From: an uncultured Gammaproteobacteria bacterium
Lineage (GTDB): Bacteria; Cyanobacteriota; Vampirovibrionia; LMEP-6097
Length of the DNA stretch: 64,000 nt
Assembly: GCA_964438425.1 (NCBI GenBank)
Contig: CAYTKM010000002.1
Coordinates: 9,546 to 73,545 of the forward strand
Direction: 5' to 3'
This document shows, in pieces, positions 28,385-39,187 of this stretch (its first letter is position 1; each line of letters begins with the position of its first letter). Made by a program: the position numbers and the translations under genes. The notes beneath the pieces are model-generated. The model did no database searches. It saw only the letters and a program-made list of their open reading frames with translations, and was not told the origin of the DNA.

Positions 28385-29218
28385 ATGACTGAAGCTGAAA
28401 AACAAAAGTTAATAGCAAGTTTAAAAGATATTAAAGACTATGAATCTTTTAGTCTACCTGAGTCTTTTGTTTACTTACTAATTGCTTTTGTACTAGTAGT
28501 TTTAGCTATTTTATATTATGTATTAGTGCACCGCAAAAAGGATAAATATGAAGGATTAGATATTTATGCTGAAACTAAACTTAGGTTAAAGGAGCTCGAT
28601 CCAGTTAAAGCTACCAGCTCGGAGTTTTACTTGGAACACGCGCGTATATTAAGAGGTTATTTATCTGTGCGTACTAAGCCTAAAGCCGCTTCTATGACAG
28701 GCACAGAGCTAAAAAACTTTCTATTTGCCTACGATTTTATTCCAGCAAGTGAACTTGAGAAACTTAAAAATTGCTTTAGCCGCGCTGAACTCGCAAAATT
28801 TGCGCGCACTGAGCATGAAAGTAAGCTAAAACAACAGGATTTGGATTTTGCTTTAACTTTTGTGGAGCTAATTGAAAATGACTACAGAGCAAGTCAGCAG
28901 CCAGATGACAAGCTAACTGGTAAAAGTGCTGGCACAAATTCTAATAAAAATAAGGCTAGTACTAATAAAATAGCGACTGAAAAAAAATTTGTAACTGGTA
29001 AATCTTCAGTCCAAGAGGCAGTTAGTATTAATAGAAGTGAAGTTGCCACAATTGAAAGTGAGAGCGAGCTTAGTCAAGATTCAAGCCTAAAGCCTGCAAC
29101 CAAAGCTAATAAGAAAAAGAAGAAAAATAAAAAATCAAAAGATAAAAAAGCTGGCAAACCAGTTAAAACTAGTCAAGAAGATAACGAACTAAAAGATAAA
29201 AAGGAACCCAATTCGTGA
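28385..29218 (+). CDS. hypothetical membrane protein of the bat operon (DUF4381-like)
   Basis: Single TM segment near the N-terminus, Lys-rich tail. The stop overlaps the batA start (ATGA). Confidence 0.5.
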   Translation: MTEAEKQKLIASLKDIKDYESFSLPESFVYLLIAFVLVVLAILYYVLVHRKKDKYEGLDIYAETKLRLKELDPVKATSSEFYLEHARILRGYLSVRTKPKAASMTGTELKNFLFAYDFIPASELEKLKNCFSRAELAKFARTEHESKLKQQDLDFALTFVELIENDYRASQQPDDKLTGKSAGTNSNKNKASTNKIATEKKFVTGKSSVQEAVSINRSEVATIESESELSQDSSLKPATKANKKKKKNKKSKDKKAGKPVKTSQEDNELKDKKEPNS

Positions 29219-30204
29219 TATTTGCTAATTCTTGGGTTTTACTACTAATAATTCTAGTACCTTTTTTAGTATGGGCTTATTTAATATTTTCTAAAAGTAC
29301 CGATCTGCAACTAAGCCTGGCACAAAAAAAAGTCACTTACTCAGATGCCCGTGACGCCTTTTTATATCATCTACCCTTTATATTAAGGATTATCATCATT
29401 ATAGTAATTTTAGTAGCGCTGGCTAGACCTCAGTTTGGTCAATCTTTTACTACAAATAAAAATAAGGGTTTAGATATTGTTTTTGCTGTTGATACTTCGC
29501 AAAGTATGTCTGCTTTAGATTTTAGTCTGGAAGGGGTGCAGACTGACCGGCTGACAGTCTTGAAAAGTATTTTAAAAAGTTTTATCGAACAAAGAGCAAG
29601 TGATAGACTTGGTTTGATAGTTTTTGCAGATGAAGCTTACACCCAATCACCTATCACTGCTGACCATGGAGCTTTGCTTGGTCTAGTAGATAAATTATAT
29701 ATAGGTATGGTCGGTAAATCTACAGCGATTGGCTCTGCAATTGGGCTTGGTGTTAAGCGTTTAAAAGATCTGGAAGCTAAAGCTAAGATTATAATTTTAA
29801 TGACTGATGGTCAAAACACCTCAGGTAAAATCTCTCCTAGCGTAGCAACGGAGCTGGCTAAAAAGTACAAGATTAAAATTTATACCATCGGTATCGGTAG
29901 GGATGGTGCAGTGCCTTTTAAATTAAATACACCATTTGGTGAAAAAGTGATCAATCAAGTGGTAAATATTGATGAAAGTAGCTTAATCGAGATCGCAGAA
30001 GCCACTGGAGCGCGTTATTATCGGGCTGAATCCAGCGCTCAGCTGGCACAAATCTACCAAGAAATTAACACTTTAGAAAAAACGGAAGTTAAGTTTAAAG
30101 AATATAGTATGTTTAAAGATATCTTTGAATACTTTTTATGGGTTATTTTAGTCTTAGTGTGCCTGGAGGTAATAGTTAGTAATACTATTTTAAAACGCCT
30201 ATGA
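29215..30204 (+). CDS. batA: BatA-like VWA domain membrane protein
   Basis: Two N-terminal TM segments, then a VWA domain with MIDAS DxSxS (DTSQSMS). Confidence 0.75.
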   Translation: MIFANSWVLLLIILVPFLVWAYLIFSKSTDLQLSLAQKKVTYSDARDAFLYHLPFILRIIIIIVILVALARPQFGQSFTTNKNKGLDIVFAVDTSQSMSALDFSLEGVQTDRLTVLKSILKSFIEQRASDRLGLIVFADEAYTQSPITADHGALLGLVDKLYIGMVGKSTAIGSAIGLGVKRLKDLEAKAKIIILMTDGQNTSGKISPSVATELAKKYKIKIYTIGIGRDGAVPFKLNTPFGEKVINQVVNIDESSLIEIAEATGARYYRAESSAQLAQIYQEINTLEKTEVKFKEYSMFKDIFEYFLWVILVLVCLEVIVSNTILKRL

Positions 30205-32186
30205 ATTTTAAACATCCAGAATTTTTTTGGTTATTAATCTTAGTGCCGCTGCTTATAGGTTTTTTAAGCTGGGCATACCAAAATAAACTAAATAATTTAA
30301 AAAAATTAAGCGCGCGTAGTAGATTTAAGCAGCTGATACCCAACTTTTCTAAAAAGGTTTTATTCATTCGTTATAGCTGTTTAGTGCTGAGTCTAAGTTT
30401 TTTGATTATCGCTTTAATTTCACCTCGCTGGGGCTATGATTACCAGGAGATAGAGCAGCGTGGTACTAATATCATGGTAGCTTTAGATGTTTCGCGTAGC
30501 ATGCTTGCAAGTGACGTTAAACCTAGCCGTTTAGTCAGAGCCAAACTAGAAGTTAAAAGCCTAATTAATAATTTGCAAGGTGACCGTATGGGACTGATAG
30601 TCTTTGCTGGTAGAGCCTTTTTGCAGGTGCCGATGACTCACGATTATATGATGCTACAGGAATGGCTTGATCGTATCAGCGTAGATAGCGTACCTGTGCC
30701 AGGTACTTCTATCAGGTCTGCTTTAGAGTTAACTAAACAAAGTATGTCTCATATTAAAGGTGATAATTTAAAAACCCTGATCATAATTAGTGATGGCGAA
30801 GAGCAAGATGAGGAAACTTTAGAAATGGCTAAATCTGCTAAGGATAGTGGAATCCGCATTATTAGTATCGGCATCGGTAGTAAAAAGGGCTCGCCAATTA
30901 CTTATGAAGGTGAGCTAATTAAAGATGAAAATGATGAAATTGTCATCTCTAAACTAAACGATACTTTACTTAAACAGATTGCTAAGCTGACTGATGGCAA
31001 ATACGTGCAGACACGCACTGGTAATTTTCATTTAGAGCAGCTATACCAAAACTTTATTAAAGCTAAAAGTGAAGATACTTTACTTAAAAGTAGTCGTATT
31101 AAACGTTGGTTTGAAACTTATCAGATCTTTTTAAGCATCTCATTAATCTTTTTAATATTGGAATTAGTTTTAATGCTAGATATTTTACCTAGAATAAGTA
31201 AAGTGTTTAGAAAGAAAGGTTTTAAATCAGGCTTGAAACTAAGTAAGATAGAGGTTTACCATCATCATAGTAGTTTGATAGCGTTAATTTTACTATCTAT
31301 ATTTTTAAGTATGCAGCCAGCTTCAGCTTATAGCCTGACAGAATTTAAAGCTGATCAAGCCTTAAAAAAAGGTAACTTTAGTAAGGCTAAAAGCCTCTAT
31401 CTAAAAGCTCAGGTGGATGAACCTAATAATCCGCGCTTAAATTATAATTTAGGTATTTGCAATTACAAATTAGGTGCCATGCCTCTGGCAATAAAAGATT
31501 TTAAACGTAGCCTGACGCAGCAACTGGCAGCGGAAGCTAAGCATCAGCCCGTAGCTGGCTCTGAAAATAAAGCTAGGAAACCTCTAAAGAGTGTTAAACA
31601 TAAACCTTTTACTGATATTACAGAAAATACTAAACAGCTTCTTGATAGTGTTGAAGTAAACTCTCAATCTAAGCTTAAATCTGCTCCTGACTTAAGCAAA
31701 CTAGCTAGTAAGTCAGAGAATGAAGATGAAAATAAAAAAAAATCTACTAATATTCAGTCTTTAGATCATTTGTCAGTGAGCGATAGATTAAAATATAAAT
31801 CTTACTTTAATCTAGGTAATGCCTACTTTAAACAGGAAAAATACTACGAGGCTTATGAAGCCTACCGAAAAGCTAATCAGTTAAATAGCGATGATCAAGA
31901 TCTAAAACATAATCTGGAAGTTACTGAAAAATTTATCGAGCATGATAAACAGCAACAACAAGGTGAAGATAACCAAGACGATAAAGATAAGGGTAAGGAT
32001 CAGCAGGAGCAAGACAAGCAAAAGCAGGAACAAGAAAAACAGCAAAAACAGGCTGAGCAAGATAAAATGGAAAAGCAGCAGACTGAAAACCTGTTAAAGC
32101 AGATTCAGGAAGCTGGCGCTGAATTTTTACCTAAGATTCAGGCTCCAGCCAGTGATATGGACGCTGGTAAATTAAAACCTTGGTAA
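30201..32186 (+). CDS. batB: BatB-like VWA domain protein with C-terminal TPR repeats and an acidic/Gln-rich tail
   Basis: VWA MIDAS DVSRSM. TPR-like YFNLGNAYFKQEKYYEAYEAY. The start overlaps the batA stop (ATGA). Confidence 0.7.
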   Translation: MNFKHPEFFWLLILVPLLIGFLSWAYQNKLNNLKKLSARSRFKQLIPNFSKKVLFIRYSCLVLSLSFLIIALISPRWGYDYQEIEQRGTNIMVALDVSRSMLASDVKPSRLVRAKLEVKSLINNLQGDRMGLIVFAGRAFLQVPMTHDYMMLQEWLDRISVDSVPVPGTSIRSALELTKQSMSHIKGDNLKTLIIISDGEEQDEETLEMAKSAKDSGIRIISIGIGSKKGSPITYEGELIKDENDEIVISKLNDTLLKQIAKLTDGKYVQTRTGNFHLEQLYQNFIKAKSEDTLLKSSRIKRWFETYQIFLSISLIFLILELVLMLDILPRISKVFRKKGFKSGLKLSKIEVYHHHSSLIALILLSIFLSMQPASAYSLTEFKADQALKKGNFSKAKSLYLKAQVDEPNNPRLNYNLGICNYKLGAMPLAIKDFKRSLTQQLAAEAKHQPVAGSENKARKPLKSVKHKPFTDITENTKQLLDSVEVNSQSKLKSAPDLSKLASKSENEDENKKKSTNIQSLDHLSVSDRLKYKSYFNLGNAYFKQEKYYEAYEAYRKANQLNSDDQDLKHNLEVTEKFIEHDKQQQQGEDNQDDKDKGKDQQEQDKQKQEQEKQQKQAEQDKMEKQQTENLLKQIQEAGAEFLPKIQAPASDMDAGKLKPW

Positions 32187-32196
32187 GAAAAGATAT

Positions 32197-32637
32197 ATGT
32201 CACAAAAAAACTTTAGTTTAATACTTGCTGGAATCATCTGGATTTTAGTTGGTTTGAGAATCGGCGCGCGCGCGCTAGGCTGGCTTGAACCGCATTTTGC
32301 AAATCCAAGCCCTTGGTTAGCACTTTTAGTGGTATCTATTTTAATTGCAATTGGTAAATCTGCTACTGTCCTAAAAAAATCTGTGAACCGTAACCTAGGC
32401 AATTTACATAAAATTAGTAATGATGATTCTAAAGATTATTTTTTGGGAGTGTTTAAATTATTTGGAGTTAAGGGCTTAATTCTGATTATTTTAATGATCG
32501 CACTTGGATTTTTATTAAGGTACTTAAAAGCGATCGGCTTAGACCCTTATAATGTATTTGGCTTCATTTATTTAGGTATTTCTGGTGCACTTATTCTAGG
32601 TTCGCTAAATTATTTTAAAGCCGTTGCTAAAAAATAG
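32197..32637 (+). CDS. hypothetical small membrane protein
   Basis: 146-aa ORF with four hydrophobic segments, just downstream of batB. Confidence 0.45.
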   Translation: MSQKNFSLILAGIIWILVGLRIGARALGWLEPHFANPSPWLALLVVSILIAIGKSATVLKKSVNRNLGNLHKISNDDSKDYFLGVFKLFGVKGLILIILMIALGFLLRYLKAIGLDPYNVFGFIYLGISGALILGSLNYFKAVAKK

Positions 32638-32816
32638 CTAGTTAAAGTAGTAGTAGACTTTTCTATAAACAAAACTCTTTAAATGATTATTGATTTTCTT
32701 GTTTACTAGTGCTTATCTGCAATAAAATTTCACTATAACTTCAGAGTTGGTGTAGTATTTTAGTAGTTAAAAACTATTAATAATTATTTATAAAAAAATT
32801 CTAAAAAACACTAAAA

Positions 32817-32900
32817 TTTAGATAAATATTATAAATTTACCCTTAATCTAGAAAAATATTCTAATTCTTAATGTTTTTTGTAAGAAAATTATAAATTTCC
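32817..32900. repeat. three ~30-bp-phased copies of the AT-rich 20-bp motif (ttagataaatattataaattt, ctagaaaaatattctaatt, taagaaaattataaattt)
   Basis: Seen in the sequence. Same family as at 5.9, 16.3 and 45.9 kb. Confidence 0.6.
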
Positions 32901-33276
32901 TTGTGACTAAAAAAGCTATTAGTAATAATTTTTAAGCTGGCTTTGATAAATATAAACTAATACTACTATTGCTTGATAACACTTAAAAACCGCTAATGTA
33001 CGTGTTAGTAATAAGTTATTGATCCCTAATTAATATGATTAGATTTGGCAGCACATTATAGGCAAAATAAATACTTGCGGTCATAAATTAGATCATTTAA
33101 AACCTTTATAGATAAACAGATACTCCTTTACACTTTTGCTAATTGAAAAATCTGTAAAAGCTTAAATAAAAAACACATAAAATGCCCTTAAAACTTAGCA
33201 AATCAGCATCAGCATTATTATTTCTGCAAAAATTATTTGAGAATATATCAGTTTTAGCGCTAGAATAGCATTAGTT

Positions 33277-34626
33277 ATGAATCACAACTCGATTGATACA
33301 TTGTTAAATGATCGCCGGGACCAATATCCCACTTTAAACCAGATCAATGCTGCAACTGTCCTTGCCCAAAACAGCAAAGGCTTGTACGTAGATTTAAACA
33401 AGTTTTATGAGGCTTTTATACCAAGCGCTGAATTGAACGCGGACAGCACTTATAAAAACGGTGATAAAGTTGATGTGTTTGTTTTACATGAAGATAAAAA
33501 ACTACCTGGAGTCTTTAAAGCCAGTATTAAGAAGATTACTGAAGCGCGCAAGTGGGAAGATCTAGATCATCTTAAGGACCAAAAGCTAGCTGCTGAGATT
33601 ACTAGAATCGTAAAAAGTGGTGTTGAAGCTAAACTTAAAACGAATGATATCGTAGGCTTCATCCCATTTAGATATATTGATATTAAAACTCCAGTACTAA
33701 AAGGTCTGGAACAAAGCGAGTGGGTAGGCAAAGAAGTTCAGGTTAAAATCCATGAGTTAGACCAAAGCAAAAATAAAATTATTTTAGAGCAAAGATCTAT
33801 CAGTGAAGAGCAGCGTAAAGCTCGCGAAGTGCAAATCATCGAAAGTCTATCTATGGGACAGGAGCTTACAGGAAACATAGTTGCGATTGAAAAATTTGGT
33901 ATGTTTGTTGATGTTGATGGTTTAGATGTTTTAGTACCAACTTCTGAAATTAGCTGGGGTCGTTTTAGATCAGTAAGTGAACTTTATAAAGTTGGTGAAA
34001 CTGTAAGTGGTAAAGTGTTTAAGCTTGATCCTGATAAAAAACAAGTGGCGATGAGTATTAAACAAATGCAGGCTGAGCCATGGTCTAGTTTGGATTTAGA
34101 AAAGTATCAGGCTAATAGTAAGCTGACAGCTAAAGTTGTTTCACATGCTGAATTTGGTTTTTTTGTCGAAGTTGAGCCTGGAGTTGAGGCTTTAGTACAT
34201 AAATCTAACTATGATGGCGAGCAAGCCCCGCCTAAAGGTAGCATGGTAAACGTGGAAGTAATTAGTCTAGATATTGATAAGAAACGTATGGGAGTGAGTA
34301 TGAAAACCAGTGATAATGAAAACTTAGCTACTAACAATCAAGCTAATAAAAAAAATGAGCAGTTTGCTGATAGCCCTTATACTAAAGAAGAGCACACTAA
34401 ACTGGCTGAAAAACCAGCAGCAGCAGTAGCAACTGATGATTTGACTATTCATCAAAACCAGGCTGAACCAGAAGCTAGGCAGGATAACACAGAGAAAAAT
34501 ATTGATATTTCAGATGCTAACGCTGCTAAATCTATAATCGACTCTAGTGATGATACTAAAGAAGTGGAAGGTAAATCTAAAGAGCAAGCTCCAGTAAAAG
34601 AGAAGGAGACTCAAAATGTCAACTAA
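33277..34626 (+). CDS. S1 RNA-binding domain protein (about four S1 repeats, ribosomal protein S1-like, with a low-complexity C-terminal tail)
   Basis: Repeated S1-like segments (GDKVDVFVL..., GQELTGNIVAIEKFGMFVDV..., GETVSGKVFKLD..., KLTAKVVSHAEFGFFVEV...). Shorter than canonical RpsA. Confidence 0.7.
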   Translation: MNHNSIDTLLNDRRDQYPTLNQINAATVLAQNSKGLYVDLNKFYEAFIPSAELNADSTYKNGDKVDVFVLHEDKKLPGVFKASIKKITEARKWEDLDHLKDQKLAAEITRIVKSGVEAKLKTNDIVGFIPFRYIDIKTPVLKGLEQSEWVGKEVQVKIHELDQSKNKIILEQRSISEEQRKAREVQIIESLSMGQELTGNIVAIEKFGMFVDVDGLDVLVPTSEISWGRFRSVSELYKVGETVSGKVFKLDPDKKQVAMSIKQMQAEPWSSLDLEKYQANSKLTAKVVSHAEFGFFVEVEPGVEALVHKSNYDGEQAPPKGSMVNVEVISLDIDKKRMGVSMKTSDNENLATNNQANKKNEQFADSPYTKEEHTKLAEKPAAAVATDDLTIHQNQAEPEARQDNTEKNIDISDANAAKSIIDSSDDTKEVEGKSKEQAPVKEKETQNVN

Positions 34627-35254
34627 AGATGTTCAAAATTTACTTGAAGACTGTAAAACTAAGATACTGTCTCAGATCAATAAAGCAAGCAAGCCAAATG
34701 GTTTAGCTAAATTGTTTGGTGCTAAAGAAATTGATACTAGTGTACTTAGTAAAGCTCAGTCTGAAATCTCTAAAGCTATTAATAAACTTAATGATGGTAC
34801 TCAGGCAAATAAAAGCTCAGATTCTAAATTATCTGCTAAATTAACTGAAAAAGAGCAGGAACTTAAAGATCTAAAACAAAAGAATATTGATTTAGAAAGT
34901 GAGCTTAAAGATAAAGATAAAAAAGTAGCTAAACTTGAAACCGCAAGCGCTGAAAATAAAGCACCTGCTACTATAGCTCTGCGTGATGAAATGCCAGCTA
35001 GCCAGCTAGCAGCAGATAATTCAGAAGAAGTTTCTAAATTAAATGCTGACATAGCTGAAAAGAATGAGTATATAAATCAGCTAGAGAAGGAAAAGGCTTC
35101 ACTTGAAATTAGACTTGCTGATGAAAGCGCTTTTATTGAAAAATTAAAAGCTGAGGCTAAGGCTAAGCAAACTGACTACAAACAAGTTGTCGAAGTAGCA
35201 CTTGAATTGCAAAACAGATTAAATCGTTTTAAAACTGAAGTTACTGCCAGCTAA
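34616..35254 (+). CDS. hypothetical coiled-coil protein
   Basis: Heptad-rich Lys/Glu sequence. Overlaps the upstream gene by 11 nt. Confidence 0.45.
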   Translation: MSTKDVQNLLEDCKTKILSQINKASKPNGLAKLFGAKEIDTSVLSKAQSEISKAINKLNDGTQANKSSDSKLSAKLTEKEQELKDLKQKNIDLESELKDKDKKVAKLETASAENKAPATIALRDEMPASQLAADNSEEVSKLNADIAEKNEYINQLEKEKASLEIRLADESAFIEKLKAEAKAKQTDYKQVVEVALELQNRLNRFKTEVTAS

Positions 35255-35263
35255 TAAAATACT

Positions 35264-35650
35264 ATGCTAAAAATAGATTCTAATAAATTAGGCGAAATTA
35301 TAGTTGAAAATATCCAAGGCTTATGTAAACTCGGTATTTATGAGTCTGAGCGTATTCGCGGTCAGGCAGTTATAATAGATTTAATTGTTACTACCGATAT
35401 GTCTAAAGCTAACTATAGTGATGAGATGAATGATTCTCTTAGTTATGTAGACATTTCACTTTGCGTTCAGGATGTCTGCAAGGCTAAAGAATATAATCTA
35501 ATTGAGCATTTGTCTCAATGTATCGTAGATGATTTATTTGAAAAGTTCCCATTAATTTTAGCTATAGAAGCTAAAGTGCATAAGCCGATTATTAACGCTG
35601 AAGGTTTTAGTGGTAATGCCTACGTCAGAATCAAGCGTGAGCGCAGCTGA
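35264..35650 (+). CDS. folB: dihydroneopterin aldolase
   Basis: 128 aa. GxYxxERxxGQ-like N-terminal motif (GIYESERIRGQ) typical of FolB. Confidence 0.8.
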   Translation: MLKIDSNKLGEIIVENIQGLCKLGIYESERIRGQAVIIDLIVTTDMSKANYSDEMNDSLSYVDISLCVQDVCKAKEYNLIEHLSQCIVDDLFEKFPLILAIEAKVHKPIINAEGFSGNAYVRIKRERS

Positions 35651-37007
35651 AATACTTTTACAGACTATAGCTTATAATTACCAGCAAAATTCAATTGCTG
35701 AAATCTCAGCTAGCAGCCCCTCTTATACTTTTAAATCTTTAAGTAAATTATATGAATTTTTATATTTGCAGCCAGCATGGCTTGATAAGCCTGATGCTGG
35801 CTTTGCTGGTTATATTACTTATGAAGGGAAACAGGAGTTTGCTTTATTTGAAAAAATAGAGCTTAAAGATAAGATGGGGGTAGTTTTTAAGGGTTCGTCT
35901 ACTGCTACTGAAAATTTAAATATATCTAAAGCTAATTTTGGATCTAACGCAGGTGATCTGGGCGCGCATTTTAGTTCCAGGCGTGATTATGAAGATAAAA
36001 AGAGAGGATCGGCTTACTGCGCAAGCTTCCAATCTGGATTTAAAGATGATGAGAGCTTGCCCGGCTTTAACATAAACTCGAAACTTAGCTACGAAGATAG
36101 TCAAAGTGAATCAAGCTTTTTTAATAGACCTAAATTATCTTACAGCCTCGATCAAACTAAATTAGCTCAATGCTACCAAAAATTCACCGATAATATTTTG
36201 AAAGTGAAAGATTATATAAAAGCTGGCGATGTTTATCAGGCTAATATTGCCGCTAAAATACCGCTTAAAGCCAAGCGAAAATTAAATTTAGACGAATTAA
36301 AAGATCTGTATGCTCGTCTGTCAGTCCTGAATCCAGCTCCTTATGCAGCTTTTATGAATCTCGATAACTATACTTTACTATCAAGCTCACCTGAATCTTT
36401 TTTAAGAATTAAGCCTGACCCTAAAATTAAAGGTGGCTGGCAGCTACAGACTTCACCAATAAAAGGTACTGCCAGTCCTGATAAATCTGATGATTTGAAG
36501 ACTATTAAAGAAAACGCCGAGCATATTATGATCTTAGATCTAATGCGCAATGATATGTCTAGGCTCGCTCAGGTGGGTAGTCTTAGTATACCTAAGCTAC
36601 TTAGTGAGCATGAATTTGTTAATCTAAAACATTTAATTTCAACAGTCAGTGTTACCTTAAAGCCAGAATACTTTTTTAAAAATATTCCAGATTTAGCAGC
36701 TATTTTCGCGACTATTTTGCCTGCTGGCTCTATTAGTGGAGCACCTAAAATAGCTGCGCTTAAGATTATAAAAGAACTTGAAGCCCAGCCTAGAGGAGCT
36801 TATACTGGTATAAGCGGTTACTTTAGTTTTAAGCATGGTGGAGAGTTTAATATTTTAATACGTACTATAGCTTATAATAAGATTTCTCATGAACTTGAGC
36901 TTTATAGTGGTGCTGGCATTACGATAAATTCAGATCCAGTAACTGAACTTGCTGAGATTAAATTAAAGGTTGATCGTTTATTAAAGGTATTTGAACTTGA
37001 CGCCTGA
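35610..37007 (+). CDS. pabB: aminodeoxychorismate synthase component I / chorismate-binding enzyme
   Basis: Chorismate-binding C-terminal motifs (PIKGT, ...NDMSRLA..., SGAPK). Overlaps folB by 41 nt. Confidence 0.8.
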   Translation: MVMPTSESSVSAAEILLQTIAYNYQQNSIAEISASSPSYTFKSLSKLYEFLYLQPAWLDKPDAGFAGYITYEGKQEFALFEKIELKDKMGVVFKGSSTATENLNISKANFGSNAGDLGAHFSSRRDYEDKKRGSAYCASFQSGFKDDESLPGFNINSKLSYEDSQSESSFFNRPKLSYSLDQTKLAQCYQKFTDNILKVKDYIKAGDVYQANIAAKIPLKAKRKLNLDELKDLYARLSVLNPAPYAAFMNLDNYTLLSSSPESFLRIKPDPKIKGGWQLQTSPIKGTASPDKSDDLKTIKENAEHIMILDLMRNDMSRLAQVGSLSIPKLLSEHEFVNLKHLISTVSVTLKPEYFFKNIPDLAAIFATILPAGSISGAPKIAALKIIKELEAQPRGAYTGISGYFSFKHGGEFNILIRTIAYNKISHELELYSGAGITINSDPVTELAEIKLKVDRLLKVFELDA

Positions 37008-38265
37008 GCCTTGTATAAAAGTTCCAGATACAGTAAACGGCTTACTTGAAAGCATAGCTTTAAAGGTCGAGTTAAGTAATAATTATAAGCAGCTTATAGA
37101 TTCTACAAAGCTAAGAGCTTTTAAAAACAGTCATACTTTGGAAAAACTGACTATTAAAACCTATATTTTTAACTTTGATGATCACATGCAGCGTATCTAT
37201 AAGAGCTTGAATGAGCTAAAGTGTCAAAATCTAATAACTTTAGAGAAATTCAAAAAAGAAGTGAAAGACCTACTAATAAATAAATTAAACACTTATTTAT
37301 ATAAATATTATATTTCGAGTAAAATCCAAAGCATAAATCTAAAGCTGACTTCAAATGAAGAACTTAAGTTTGAAAAACAGCTAGGAATTATATTAAAAAA
37401 AATACAGCTAATAATAGAGTTTAAAGATGGTTTAAATATTAACCTTGCTAAATCAGTTTTTATTAGCCCTGATTTAGATAACGATCAAGCAAATAATAAT
37501 ACCAGCATCAACCAATTTAATAAAAATAAAAAATATAGTATAGTTTCTAATTACTATGCTGGCACTAAGAATGAAGAAGACTCGAATATGCTAACTGGTC
37601 TTAACCACACTCCAGGTGAAAATTTTTCCAGCCCACAATTACATAAAATGAGACTGGTTTATAATTTAAATACTGAATATCTAACTGGTTTTAATAACCA
37701 AGATCTAAGTTGTAAAAATCAAGGTGTAGCTCATAACAATCAGACGTTAATTCCTGACAGTGAAACCACTTATAATTCCAGTGTATCTTTTAACTTTCAA
37801 AATCTTCAACTGGATATACAAGTCTACAAACGTCAGCTAAAAAACGATAGACTTCTTTTTAAGGTTCTAAAAGAAAATTACATACACTCTGGCGGTATGT
37901 TTAATCAACACAAATTCTTGCCTCGGTATAAAATTCAAAATGCCGCAGCTTTAGCAAGCAGAGATTTTGAATATTTATGGCTGAATGAATATCAAGAAGT
38001 GTGTGAAAGTGAAACTACTAATATTTTTTTTAGTGAAACTGATCTAAGCAAGTTAGACTTTAATAAATTAAAGAGCCTAAAAGAAATAAAGCTAATTACA
38101 CCAGAACTAAATAGTGGTATTTTAGCTGGGGTAACTAGAAAAAAAATTATAGAAATATTTTCGGTTGCTGAGCAGCAGGTTTTAGCCAGTGATCTGCGCT
38201 TATACCCGCATATTTATGCAAGCAATGCGATGCTAGGTTTGGTTGAAGCTAAGCTAAATCTTTAA
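36991..38265 (+). CDS. hypothetical protein; by operon position possibly an aminodeoxychorismate-lyase / class IV aminotransferase-like protein
   Basis: Overlaps the pabB stop by 17 nt. No motif clear enough for assignment. Confidence 0.45.
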   Translation: MNLTPEPCIKVPDTVNGLLESIALKVELSNNYKQLIDSTKLRAFKNSHTLEKLTIKTYIFNFDDHMQRIYKSLNELKCQNLITLEKFKKEVKDLLINKLNTYLYKYYISSKIQSINLKLTSNEELKFEKQLGIILKKIQLIIEFKDGLNINLAKSVFISPDLDNDQANNNTSINQFNKNKKYSIVSNYYAGTKNEEDSNMLTGLNHTPGENFSSPQLHKMRLVYNLNTEYLTGFNNQDLSCKNQGVAHNNQTLIPDSETTYNSSVSFNFQNLQLDIQVYKRQLKNDRLLFKVLKENYIHSGGMFNQHKFLPRYKIQNAAALASRDFEYLWLNEYQEVCESETTNIFFSETDLSKLDFNKLKSLKEIKLITPELNSGILAGVTRKKIIEIFSVAEQQVLASDLRLYPHIYASNAMLGLVEAKLNL

Positions 38266-38566
38266 CGAAAATATTTTTGATCCTAAAAACCATAGCTGAA
38301 GTTATTTCCGTTAAAAGTATACTCGGCAGTATTTTTTAAATTATTAGTATGCTTAGCTGAACTAAAGCCAACAAAAATAAGCTAATTAAAGTATTAGCTA
38401 AAATAAAAACATGATAAATTATCTACTAAAACATAGACTAGCTGATACTCACCTTCGAGCTTAAATTAAATAAACTCTTTTATTAACCTACTTAAATATA
38501 ATAATTAATAATCAGATTCTCGATCATAAATTTTGTGAACTATATAAAATAATCCAAAACCAAAAA

Positions 38567-39187
38567 TTATGCCTCTAATAAATGCTCCAAACATACGCTT
38601 CCTTCTACTTTTATCGCTGGATAAGTCAATTTAAATCTAAAATCTTTTTCAGACTGCTCGTAAGTAAACATATTTACAACAGCTGTTTTAGTGATCACTG
38701 AATCGTAATCATCATGAGGTTTAAGTGACTTAACTTTTTTAATTAACTTATCCTGAAATTTTTCGTCAAACTCACCAATTTTAAAATAGTTTACTGCAAA
38801 ACAGTTTTTATGTTTCATGTCACTATTTAGATTAAAGTCTTCAGCGCCATTCAAAAATACAAGCAAGGCATACTCATTAGTATCGTTAGACAATTTGACC
38901 TGAATGCCTTCGCGCTTGTCTTTGATTTCTATTTTTTGAAATTCGGTAAATGCCATCCAGAAGCGTTTTTGGTAGTTATTAAGCCCAGTCTGATGCAAAG
39001 CAAAGAAAAAATGATGATATAAAAACTCGATCGTTGCCTGAAAGCGCGCTTCCATCTCACGTGGATACTCAAGTAAGATATTTTCGTTGATATGTCCGAT
39101 TTGTTGTTGTGACCAATTGCGAGGTTTTAAGACTAAGTCACTTATTCCTGGCAGATCTATAATTTTTTTACCGACAAATATTCTCAC
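38567..39187 (-). CDS. hypothetical protein, translationally coupled to nadK
   Basis: A GTG start directly abuts the nadK stop (TAAGTG). Confidence 0.5.
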   Translation of the reverse strand: MRIFVGKKIIDLPGISDLVLKPRNWSQQQIGHINENILLEYPREMEARFQATIEFLYHHFFFALHQTGLNNYQKRFWMAFTEFQKIEIKDKREGIQVKLSNDTNEYALLVFLNGAEDFNLNSDMKHKNCFAVNYFKIGEFDEKFQDKLIKKVKSLKPHDDYDSVITKTAVVNMFTYEQSEKDFRFKLTYPAIKVEGSVCLEHLLEA

